Part shown: positions 1-9,297 of the stretch, piece by piece | Layout of the letters: each line of letters begins with the position of its first letter | Numbering within the stretch: the stretch's first letter is position 1 | Source of the DNA: Mayamaea pseudoterrestris | Lineage: Eukaryota | Length of the DNA stretch: 64,000 nt | Reading direction: 5' to 3' | NCBI GenBank assembly: GCA_027923505.1 | Contig: BROI01000019.1 | Span: 1-64,000 of the forward strand | The notes under the pieces: model-generated | The model's input: the letters and a program-made list of their open reading frames with translations, nothing else | Database searches by the model: none | Told to the model about the DNA's origin: nothing | Made by a program: the position numbers and the translations under genes

Positions 1-3000
1 TACTTTGGTTGAGTCTTCTTGGCGCATCCTACTTTGCCGGCCGCTATCGCAGTCCTTTGCCCACGTCGCCGCCCTCTCAAGAGCCACCTCCCAAGTTGAG
101 CCGCCAGGCAACTCGCCGCCTCCGTCGAGGCCTTCGCCGTTGCCTCCGTCCTGCTTCTACAGCTCCAAGTGCTGCAGATCTTGGCTACCATCGCTCCTTT
201 CCCATTCGTCTCCGTCGCCAAGATGCCCACCTTCACCTACCCTCTGTTCGCCAAGTTTGAGACGCCCAGGTCGCCCGCAACTTTGCTCAACAGGTTGAAG
301 GCTTCTGCAATCGCTTGTCAAGGTCTCCCGACGAGGGAGATAGAGCCCGTGTTGCTCCTCCTGCCAAGGCCAAGATGAAAGGACAGGTCTCCAAGACGTC
401 CCAGTTCAAACCCCAGTGTGGAGCCCGTCGCTCGCCCCAGTTCAAAACCAAGCGTCGAGCCCCTCCTGAACCCGTGTCGCAGTCAACACCCCAGTGACAC
501 CGAGTTCATTCAACTACTCGTCGCCCTCGTCCTTCTTCAAGACCAAGGCCTACTAGGAGCAACGTTCGGGAAACCCTTCCTTCGGATCGCATTCAGGGTA
601 TATCCACTGGCTCCTACACTCACCGTCCTGTTGGTCCCACCGCTCGCCAGCTCGCCTTGCTGCAAACCTACGGGCATGCCTACATCTCGAGTCTTTCCCC
701 TGGAGAGCAAGAAGCCCTTCCTGACTGGGTTCGCGAGGGAGCTCAGGCTTACCATGAGGCCACTAGCAACCTTAACAAAGCTACAGGCAATGTCCGCCGT
801 CGCCGAGGCAAGAAGGAACGCTACAGGAAGGTGATCTGGGACAGTGGCGCCTCCATCTCCTTGTCCTTCTCCAAGGATGACTTTGTCGGTCCCATTCACG
901 AGGCCCCTGAGAGCATTGAGCTTAATGGTCTCTTTGCTGGCTCCTTTATCAGAGGATACGGGCATGTGGCTTGGAGCTTTGAGGACTCAAAAGGACAGCT
1001 TCGAACGCTCAAAGTGCCCACCTATTACGTCCCCAGCGCCCGAGTCCGTTTGCTTAGCACTAACAGCTTGGTGTCGGTCTACAAGGATGAGTATGTTCAC
1101 CAAGACAGTGAGGCTCTCTATTTAAGTGGAACTCAAGGATCAAGACGCCCTGATGGATCGCCTCCGTTGAATAGCATTCGCATCCCCATTGATCCCCAAA
1201 CAAACTTGCCCACTGGGTATGCCTACGAGACCCGCATGGACTCAAATGCCTACAATGCTCAAGGTCCTCCGCCTCCTTTGCCTGGCTCAGGTCCAGGATC
1301 CTCTCCAGGTGGTCCCAATTCTCCTTCGTCAAACGGCAACTCATCTGGTCCTTCGTCGGGTCGCTCTCCAAACAGTCCATCCAATCGCCCCAGTGGTTCG
1401 CCAAGTGCTCCTTCTCCTTCTCCAAGTCCACCAGCCGTCTCTCCAACCAATTTGAATCTATCAGAGGCTGATAAGGAGATCCTCCATTGGCATTACAAGT
1501 TTGGTCACATTGACTACCGCAAGATCCAGTTTCTAATGCGCAGCGGAGCCTTGGCCCCAACCGAGGGAGCTCGCCGCCTTCACAGCTCTTGTGTACGCCT
1601 TTGCTCCTTTCCAATGTGTGCTGCTTGTCAATATGCAAAGCAAAAGGTTCGCACTTCTCCAGGTCTAAAAGAGAGCGTGGTTAAGGACAAGGCGGATGCT
1701 CTGAGGCGCGACAACCTGTTTCCCGGCCAGCGGATCAGTGTGGACCATTTCATCTGTTCAACTAAGGGTTGCCTCTTCTCCTCTCGAGGCAAATCAAAGG
1801 AGACTGATCTGTTTGGAGGCGGATGCATCTTTGTTGACCATTGCACTGGCTACGTGCATGTGGAACTGCAGAGGTACTTAACAACCGAAGAGACACTTAA
1901 GGCAAAAGAGGCATTCGAGTTGTTCTGTCTTGAAAGTGGAGCCGTTCCCCAAGAGTACTTGACTGACAATGGCACTGCTTTTACTTCAAAGGCATTCGCA
2001 AAGCATTTAACCACGTTCCATCAAATCGTCAAGTTTGCCGGCACGGGCTCCCATTGCCAGAACGGGGTGGCGGAGCGAGCCATCCGCACGATCATGTCCA
2101 TCGCCCGAGCAATGCTCCTACATGCCGCTATCCATTGGCCAGAGGTTGCAGATCCTAGTCTTTGGCCTATGGCAGTCCGCCATGCCGTTTACTTGTGGAA
2201 CAAAATGCCGAATCCAAGCACGGGGATCAGTCCACAGGATCTGTTTACAAGGACTCAATGGCCCCACAGTCGCTTCCACGACCTGCACGTTTGGGGATGC
2301 CCCGTATATGTGCTTGATAAGAAGCTTTCAGATGGTCACAAGCTTCCTCGTTGGCAACCTCGAGCTCATCGGTGTATCTTTGTTGGTATGAGCGACTCGC
2401 ATGCCAGCTCCGTCCCTTTGGTACTCAATCCTCAAACGGGAAGTATAACGCCGCAGTACCATGTTGTTTTTGATGATTACTTTGCCACCGTTTCTTCTGA
2501 TCCCTCGTCTCTCCCTGATCTTTGGTCCAAGGAATGGTTTCAGCTCTTTGGTGACTCTGCCTACCAGTACATTCCTGTTGGTGACGAGACAGACAGTGAG
2601 GCCGAGGCAGAAGAGGAGGCTGCTTCTGCTCCTATTCCAAGCTCCTTTAGTCGCCAAGAACGCATTCGGGCTGCATTTGATGCCAACCATCCTTCTCAAG
2701 CTCTTCCCGTTGATGTGCCGCCATCTTCTCCAAGACGCCCCACCGATAAACCAAGCGATAATCCAGTTGCCAACGCCAGTCCCAGTGCTCCACCCAACTG
2801 AAGCGCCTGCTCAAGCTCCTTCTCCATCTCCTCTTGAGCACCCAGACGCCTCCAATCCTGCTTTAACTGAGATTCCTTTCCCGTCTCCCAGCGACGATCC
2901 TATTGACGAGCCGTCTCAAACGAGGGAGCTGCCTACGTTTGAACCATCCGACGAGCCATCCTCGAGGGAGCCTACACCCTTGCCTACCCAAACAGAATTT

Positions 3001-3789
3001 CTGAGGGAGACACAAACCACTACTTCTGCTCCATCTTCTTCCCCTTTGCCGTCTGCTCTCCGTCGCTCAGGACGCCTAGCTGGTCTCCAACCCCAGGACG
3101 CCCCAGCGCCTCGCCGTTTGACGCGCCAAGTTGGCTGGTCTTCTGCCCGTTATGGCTATGAAGGAGACCAAGGCTTTGGCTACAGCGCTTTCAATGCCTC
3201 TGCCTCTCCTTTAAAGCCTCCATCCTTTGCCGATGCCGCGCATTTTGCTGGCCTGTTTGCTTCCCTCCGTATCCCGGCGCCTGCTGTTTACAAGGCTGCC
3301 GCAACGGATCCCGACACACTCTCCTACGAGCAAGCAATGGCGGATCAACCTCATGTTAGCAAGTGGTTAGAGGCAGCAGCAGAAGAAATCCGTGTTTTGG
3401 AGTCCAAGGGAACGTGGGAGGAGGTGCCCAAGTCTCAAGCGAAAGGAAGGATCTTGCCAGGAACCTGGGTCTTCCGCCGCAAGCGGACGCCCGATGGCAG
3501 CATTAAAAAGTATAAAGGCTGCTACTGTGTCCGTGGTGATCTCCAAAAAGGCGTGTTTGAAACGTTTGCCCCTGTCATTGCTTGGAGCACCATTCGAGTG
3601 CTGCTCGTCATTGCCTTGACCCTTGATTGGCATACCTGCTCAGTTGATTTTGCCAGCGCCTTTGTCCAAGCAGAGCTCCAAGATCCCGTTTGGATTCATC
3701 TTCCTCAAGGCTTCCGCTCTTCCAAAGGTGCCAACATGTGTTTAAAGTTAATGAAGAGTCTCTACGGTCTTGCCGTCGCCCCGCGCCTC

Positions 3790-3995
3790 TAGCAGGTTGC
3801 ACACGAAAAACAGCAACCAGAGCGATACCTTTACTTGTCATAGTGCATGGTGCCTTGTATGCAGCATATAGTACACTAGCAGACGGAAAAGTAGCAGCGT
3901 GTTTAGAGGTGATATAGCCGGTTATCCTTGGTTCGATTCCGAGGTGCGCTACTTTTAACGGCATAGTGATACTACTTTCTGTTGCATACCTGCTA
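3790..3995 (+). repeat. TRIM 5' LTR
   Basis: TAGCAGGT...ACCTGCTA (8-bp perfect inverted ends); identical by eye to 4260-4465. Confidence 0.95.
3893..3956 (+). ncRNA. tRNA-like Pol III cassette in TRIM 5' LTR
   Basis: T arm CTTGG-TTCGATT-CCGAG (B box GGTTCGATTCC, 3930-3940), 7-nt acceptor strand GTGCGCT plus discriminator A, A-box-like TGTTTAGAGG, TTTT at 3953-3956. D and anticodon arms are degenerate. Confidence 0.7.
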
Positions 3996-4008
3996 TGGTA
4001 GCGTCCCT
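3996..4008 (+). other. Primer-binding site of TRIM
   Basis: TGGTAGCGTCCCT directly after the 5' LTR. TGG complements tRNA CCA, and the sequence resembles initiator-Met-type PBSs (yeast Ty1/Ty3 TGGTAGCGCC). Confidence 0.85.
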
Positions 4009-4259
4009 ATCGAGAGATCTGGACTGAGGCTGCTGGTTCGAGTTGCGATCGAATCAAGCGAAGAAAAAGCAAAAATTCACTGGTTGCACGGGTTTGTCAC
4101 GAACGAACGATGGGGAGTCGCGGACCCTGGGGAGTGCACAAAGATGCGCCGAGCCCGAAACGCCGCAGGAAAAACTGAAAAGTGACATTCCCCCGCGAGA
4201 CGAAAATGCCAGCTGAAACGGAAGACGAGTTAGCACTATGACGCGCAAAGCTAGGGGAG

Positions 4260-4465
4260 TAGCAGGTTGCACACGAAAAACAGCAACCAGAGCGATACCT
4301 TTACTTGTCATAGTGCATGGTGCCTTGTATGCAGCATATAGTACACTAGCAGACGGAAAAGTAGCAGCGTGTTTAGAGGTGATATAGCCGGTTATCCTTG
4401 GTTCGATTCCGAGGTGCGCTACTTTTAACGGCATAGTGATACTACTTTCTGTTGCATACCTGCTA
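4260..4465 (+). repeat. TRIM 3' LTR
   Basis: Identical copy of 3790-3995 at offset 470. Confidence 0.95.
4363..4426 (+). ncRNA. tRNA-like Pol III cassette in TRIM 3' LTR
   Basis: Identical copy of 3893-3956. Confidence 0.7.
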
Positions 4466-5650
4466 CCTCTGGTTCGAGCATTTGCGAGACGCTCTCCTTC
4501 GTATGGGATTGAAGCAGAGCAAGTTCAACCAATGCCTCTTCTATGGTGTTAACATCCTCTTTGGTTGCTTTGTTGATGATGGTTGCATTGTCGCTAAGTC
4601 AGTTGATGTGGTTACCCAGTTCATCTCCAAGTTGCAAGCCATGGGATTCGAGTTGACTCAGGAGGCATCCTTGTGCGAGTACCTCGGTATCAAGCTCGTG
4701 CGGACAACAAAGCAGGCTCCTTTACTTTAACCCAACAAGGATTGATTGACAAGATTGTTGCAGCGACTGGTCTTCAAAGCCGCAAGCCCAACTACTTGCC
4801 CGCCTCGCAAGTTGCCCTTGGATCCGACCCAGATGGCTCCCCAATGGTGGAAAAATGGGGATACGCCTCCATTGTTGGCATGCTCCTTTACTTGTCAACC
4901 AATACTCGCCCTGATATTGCATTTGCTGTCTCACAAGTTGCTCGCTTTAATTCTTCACCAAAGCAGAGCCACGCCATTGCCGTTAAGACTATCGTGCGCT
5001 ACCTTGCTGGCACTCGCAATCAAGGCACCATCTTCAAGCCAACCCGCAAGCTTAACTTGGATCTGTTTGTTGATGCAGACTTTTGTGGGTTGCACAAGCG
5101 AGAACCAGACCATTTGCCTGATAGCGTTCGATCCAGGACTGGGTATGTGATCCTGTTGGCTGATTGCCCATTGGTATGGAAGAGCCAGTTGCAGACCGAG
5201 ATCTCTCTTTCCACCCTTGAAGCTGAGTACTGTGCTCTATCCTATTCGCTCAAGACTCTCCTTCCTTTAAAGCGCATCCTTGGTGAATTCGTTGAGGTAT
5301 TGAGCTTGCCGCCCGAGATCAAGACCTCCATTCGTGCCCGTGTTTTCGAGGACAATCAAGGTTGCTATTACCTCGCTACCAATCAGAAACTAACCAATCG
5401 CACCAAGTACTTTCTGGTTAAGTATCACTGGTTTTGGTCGCACCACAATCGAGGAGAGTTTGAGGTCTTCAAGGTTGATACCAAGAATCAAGATGCCGAC
5501 TACATGACTAAAGGGTTGCCGCGTGAGTCCTTCGAGCGGAACCGCCTTTCAGTCCAAGGTTGGTAGTCCTTGGTTGTCTGCAACCAGCTGTTAGAGAAAC
5601 AAGTCGCCCCTGTTGTCATCTATATGTTATTGATTCCCCGTCCAGTCTCG

Positions 5651-5660
5651 CGAGGGAGAG
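5651..5660 (+). other. Polypurine tract of copia element
   Basis: CGAGGGAGAG about 85 nt after the pol stop, directly before the putative 3' LTR. Confidence 0.75.
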
Positions 5661-6020
5661 TTAAAGGTCGTTGCGGTTCTCAGTGCGACACCTTTCAGCC
5701 ACTCATCTCGTTCCACATAATCAAGCCATCGCCATGGGAATCCTCCTCATTCATGTACTTGAACTTGCAGCGTATCAGGCCTTTCTTTGGATGCAAGTTG
5801 AATGTACCTTGAGGTGAATCTGAGCTGGAGCATACGTGGCTTTCTTCGCTCCTTTGGATTGCAATCGTTTGCTCAGTCTCAGTGTTCTTTCACCGACCCA
5901 CACCACATCTAATTCACACCTACTAGTAAAGCGACTTTCACCCAACTACAGTCTTTGTACTTTAGAGACTATTGTATCCATATAAAGCAGTAAGACGAGA
6001 GCAGCAAAAGGAACGTTTAA
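5661..6020 (+). repeat. Putative 3' LTR of copia element (right end 6020, alternatively 5940)
   Basis: Begins TTAAAGGT right after the PPT. ACGTTTAA ending at 6020 gives inverted TTAAA/TTTAA ends and abuts host-like coding sequence. GCGACTTTCA ending at 5940 is an alternative CA end. The 5' LTR is outside the window, so this is unconfirmed. Confidence 0.6.
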
Positions 6021-6649
6021 CTCTATGGGAATATTGCACACTCCAACCAAATTCCAAAGTGGTTTACATGCACGCAAAGGGATCCTTTCACCCAAACCCA
6101 GAGAATGAGCAACTGCGAAGATTTTTAACGGCTGGTGCATTATCCGAAGAATGTTTACACTTACCGGATGCCTGCAACGTTTGTTCCTCCCGCATGTCAC
6201 CCCTTCCGCATCCGCATACACCCGGCAACATGTGGTTGGCAAGATGCCAATATATTCGTCAACTCATTGATCCACTCTTGTTTCAAGCCAGGATGGATAA
6301 CTTTGCTGGCAAAGTAAAAATTGCGGGAAGGCCGGCTAGATATGCATGCTATGGACTCGGTCGATTCGCTGCCGAGCACTGGGTGCACTCGCACCCAACC
6401 TGCAAGCCGTGCGACTTGAGCGACGATTCCAAGTACGGGTATAACTATGACGGTATTCCATCTGCTAACTTTTCCAAACATTTGAGCATGGCGCCGCGCT
6501 TCAACCAAAGCGTCTACGAGAACAAAGTTGGGTGTAAATTTCCGCCATTTACGGGATCGTTGGCGAAAGATCGCATTGCCGAATATGAGGCATTGTACAA
6601 TGAGACTCCATTGAATGATTGGTGGGGTCGGGGCGCTTACTATACCTAA
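6021..6649 (+). pseudogene. 3' part of an uncharacterised host protein gene, probably interrupted by the copia insertion
   Basis: Protein-like sequence LWEYC...VVYMHAKGSFH...GNMWLARCQY...AEHWVHSHP starts exactly at the putative LTR end. No in-frame ATG between the upstream TAG (5963) and this point. Confidence 0.6.
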
Positions 6650-7140
6650 GAGGTGTCGTCTCTCACTTGGGGTAAAACCCATTCGTCGGGCAGTCTCGGC
6701 TGCACTGATGGCGGGAGCGACATTAAAGCCGCATAGGCTGCTGCGTAGGGTCTTTTAGTAAATTTTTGTTATGCATTTGATTGCTTTTATGGGTGTGATT
6801 GCTTCGCGAAAAGTAGCTGCAAAAGAATCTTGTCGGAGCATCAACTGCATAACTTTGCGGTAGTCACTGTTACTTCTACTTGCTGTCTGTGCAAACAGCA
6901 CCTTCTGCTCTAATATACTTCGGATAGCTTTTAAACCTTTTTAATTCTTGATTTCTTAGTCAGTGAGTAGTGCGGTAATTCTGCACAATTCAAGCCGTTG
7001 TGGCGTAGTTAAAACTTGCGCGCCACAAAGCTAAAGTTCCTACCTTTACAATGCTAAAAGCAAGCTTAATGTGATACAGAGATTACGAGAACACGTCAAA
7101 TAGTGGCGGCAATGAGCCAGAGCCATTGAGCCAATCCCAT

Positions 7141-7917
7141 TTAGAAAAAGGCATCCTCATAATTGGCACCTATTTCGTCGACGACATCATAGTCATCATT
7201 GTCACCAAAGGTTTCCACATACTTTTTCTTGGCTAACAAATCAGCCGACTTGTCCTTCTTTGCCTTTTGCGCCTGTCCCTTGACCTTGCGCTTGGCAGCT
7301 TGCACCTTGTCATTCTTGACAACGTTGAGCGTCTTGATGAGTTCCTGGACGGCATCCTCATCCAAAATGTCCTTACTTTTCAATATAACCTCCTTTAAAA
7401 AAGCTTGCGTCAAGTGAATCTTGCCGTGCGCGCTCAAAGCTTCGCCGAGTCGAGATGCATGTCGTAGGTGATCCTTCATGTCCTTTAAAACAAGCGTGTC
7501 GGATGCGTTTGCAGTACTTGGAGCCTTTTGATTCCTGCCGTCAAACTTTTCAATGTTTCCAAACAAGTCATCCGTTAAAGCGTGATCAGCATCCTCAATT
7601 TGCTTCTGCTTCAATCGCTTCAACTCGTCGGGTGACATGTAATTCTCTGCTTCCGCTTCGAGGTCCATGGCTTTTCGGGCAATCTCTTCCTCTTCCGCCA
7701 ACTGCTTCTCCAAGGCTTTCTTGGCAGCCAACGCATTTCCCTTTTTCTTTAGTTCCGAATGCTGCACTTGGTCGGATTCGCGCTTTTCCTTGAGCGCCAA
7801 GTCTTCCTCGTCGTTAAATTTTGGTGCGTCGGCAATTTTGGTCAAACCGAGGCGCTTGTCGAGCTCGTCGTCGTCCGCGTCCCAATCGTCCTCGTCACCG
7901 TCGTCCCAGGCGCTCAT
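7141..7917 (-). CDS. eIF3j: Translation initiation factor eIF3 subunit J
   Basis: Acidic N-terminus MSAWDDGDEDDWD, QIEDADHALTDDLF, C-terminal YEDAFF; 258 aa. Confidence 0.85.
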   Translation of the reverse strand: MSAWDDGDEDDWDADDDELDKRLGLTKIADAPKFNDEEDLALKEKRESDQVQHSELKKKGNALAAKKALEKQLAEEEEIARKAMDLEAEAENYMSPDELKRLKQKQIEDADHALTDDLFGNIEKFDGRNQKAPSTANASDTLVLKDMKDHLRHASRLGEALSAHGKIHLTQAFLKEVILKSKDILDEDAVQELIKTLNVVKNDKVQAAKRKVKGQAQKAKKDKSADLLAKKKYVETFGDNDDYDVVDEIGANYEDAFF

Positions 7918-8064
7918 GGTAATGAATTTAGACCTTTTCTTGTCCAACAGACGCAGTAGACGCAGAGATGGAGCAGCAGCGCTCGTCTTTCGTATGGTTT
8001 GAAACGCGAACGACGCAGCGCTGCGCGAACGTGTGGCCGTCCTTGCGCATCCATCAACTTCTGA

Positions 8065-8074
8065 GTACCGGTAC
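8065..8074. promoter_or_regulatory. GTACCGGTAC palindrome in divergent promoter
   Basis: Between the eIF3j and proteasome beta starts; one of five perfect copies seen. Confidence 0.6.
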
Positions 8075-8274
8075 GTCATCTACGTAAAACCACTACGACG
8101 TCGACATCTTTCCGTCGCCATGGGCAACCATGCAGTGTTTTCGACCTCAATTTCCATTTCCATGATTACGTTATTTGGACTAGCCTCTTCAATTGTCAAG
8201 CGTCTATATAGAAAGTTTGATAAATTGAACTAAGATTCGACAAAACTTCGTCTTACTTGTCCCGCCGTGCCATC

Positions 8275-9297
8275 ATGACGACGAGACTACACGATTTCCT
8301 GCCCTTGCCAAGCAGTCGCAGCATCATTATTGTATTGCTAGTTTTGCAATGTTGTTCTTTCATACAATTTGCAAACGCTTCGTCGGTAGCAGGAACGGAA
8401 ACGCTGATTGGTATTGTTGGTTCCGATTTTATTTTGCTGGGAGCCGACTCGAGCGTGAGTCAATCCATCGTCTTGACGTCATCAAGCGTTGACAAGATAT
8501 CCATCCTTGCCCAAGCGCCACATATAATGGACAATGACAAGCAGCGTCGAATGCATCGACAACAATGTATAGCAGCTGCGACAGCCGGTGATGCAGCGGA
8601 TGCGGATCGATTGGTGGGACTTTTGACGGCTGCAGCAACCATAGCCGAGTATCAAAACGGAGTTGGAACGGATGTCCATTATGTGGAGTGCGGCAATATT
8701 GAAGCGAGTGCAGACGAAACGCATCAATCGTCACACTCTTTGGCGTCCACATCACCTATACCGGCTTCAGGGCTGTCGGTGGAGCAAGTTGCTCGTTTGG
8801 CGCAATACCAAGTCTCGTCACGACTCCGAACGTCTACGCCTCTACGCGTTTGTATGCTGGTGGGTGGCATGCAAAAACATTCGGAGCGACGTCTTCCGAG
8901 TAGCATTTTGGTGCCAAGCACGCTCCTGCCGTTTGCGTCATCGCAACGGGATGTCGTCGGAGCTGATTCAAGTAGCGAGGGAAAAACGGAGACTGAGCAT
9001 GACAATTCACTTACAGCAACCACTTCCATTCCTAACTCTTGCCTTCAACCACGGCTCTACTGGCTTGATGAGTACGGATCGATGCAGTCGCTGCTTTATG
9101 GCGCTCATGGTCACGGATCGCACTTTTGCATGAGTATCTTGGATCGAAACTACAAGGCAAACATGACGAAAGAGCAAGCATTGAAACTGATGCGAGAATG
9201 TTTTACTCAACTGAGGACGCGCTATGTGATTAATGCGCCGCAACCACCGTGCATCAAGTGTATTGATGCGCGTGGGTGTGTTCGACTGATGGAGTAG
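8275..9297 (+). CDS. 20S proteasome beta subunit (beta4/PSMB2-like) with N-terminal signal peptide
   Basis: ETLIGIVGSDFILLGADS, GDAADAD, AHGHGSHFCMSILDRNYKANMTKEQALKLMREC match beta4; hydrophobic leader IIIVLLVLQCC. Confidence 0.85.
   Translation: MTTRLHDFLPLPSSRSIIIVLLVLQCCSFIQFANASSVAGTETLIGIVGSDFILLGADSSVSQSIVLTSSSVDKISILAQAPHIMDNDKQRRMHRQQCIAAATAGDAADADRLVGLLTAAATIAEYQNGVGTDVHYVECGNIEASADETHQSSHSLASTSPIPASGLSVEQVARLAQYQVSSRLRTSTPLRVCMLVGGMQKHSERRLPSSILVPSTLLPFASSQRDVVGADSSSEGKTETEHDNSLTATTSIPNSCLQPRLYWLDEYGSMQSLLYGAHGHGSHFCMSILDRNYKANMTKEQALKLMRECFTQLRTRYVINAPQPPCIKCIDARGCVRLME

Larger units (their letters stand above)
3790..4465 (+). mobile_element. Non-autonomous TRIM (676 bp) with tRNA-like sequence in LTRs
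   Basis: Two identical 206-bp direct repeats and a 264-bp non-coding interior. PBS TGGTAGCG directly after LTR1, PPT AGGGGAG directly before LTR2, TSD CCTC (3786-3789 / 4466-4469). Removal restores the RT reading frame. Confidence 0.95.
9..5566 (+). pseudogene. pol: Disrupted pol polyprotein (PR-IN-RT-RNaseH)
   Basis: One frame from 9 to ~2795 broken by TGA at 258-260 and 495-497. Frameshift near 2794 into ORF 2461-3792. Insertion at 3790-4465 splits APRL|WFEH. Second frameshift near 4702 (YLGIKLVR / DNKAGSFTLTQ). Stop at 5566. Confidence 0.9.
1..6020 (+). mobile_element. Ty1/copia LTR retrotransposon (CoDi-like), 5' part outside window, decayed, with nested TRIM
   Basis: Copia domain order: protease (VIWDSGAS), GAG-pre-integrase (HWHYKFGH...CAAC), integrase core (ISVDHF, TDNG, NGVAERAIR), RT (WVFRRKR, DFASAF, LMKSLYGL, FVDDG), RNase H (FVDADF, STLEAEY, FEDNQG, ADYMTKGL). 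Followed by a PPT and a non-coding terminal segment. Confidence 0.95.

Noticed and set aside
2790..2801. Programmed frameshift between integrase and RT
   Set aside because: Copia pol is normally one ORF and the element has other lesions; a 1-bp insertion (or sequencing error) is simpler.
3893..3951. Functional tRNA gene
   Set aside because: Only ~59 nt, no proper D arm, 4-bp/8-nt pseudo-anticodon arm and a bulged acceptor stem. It lies inside LTRs, so it is treated as tRNA-like.
3608..4434. Minus-strand ORFs 3608-3964 and 4054-4434 with identical N-termini, and + ORF 3982-4185
   Set aside because: By-products of the duplicated LTR; no recognisable domain.
4471..4481. B-box-like GGTTCGAGCAT beside the TRIM insertion site (Pol III-guided targeting?)
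   Set aside because: Explained by RT codons W-F-E-H; imperfect match and a single site.
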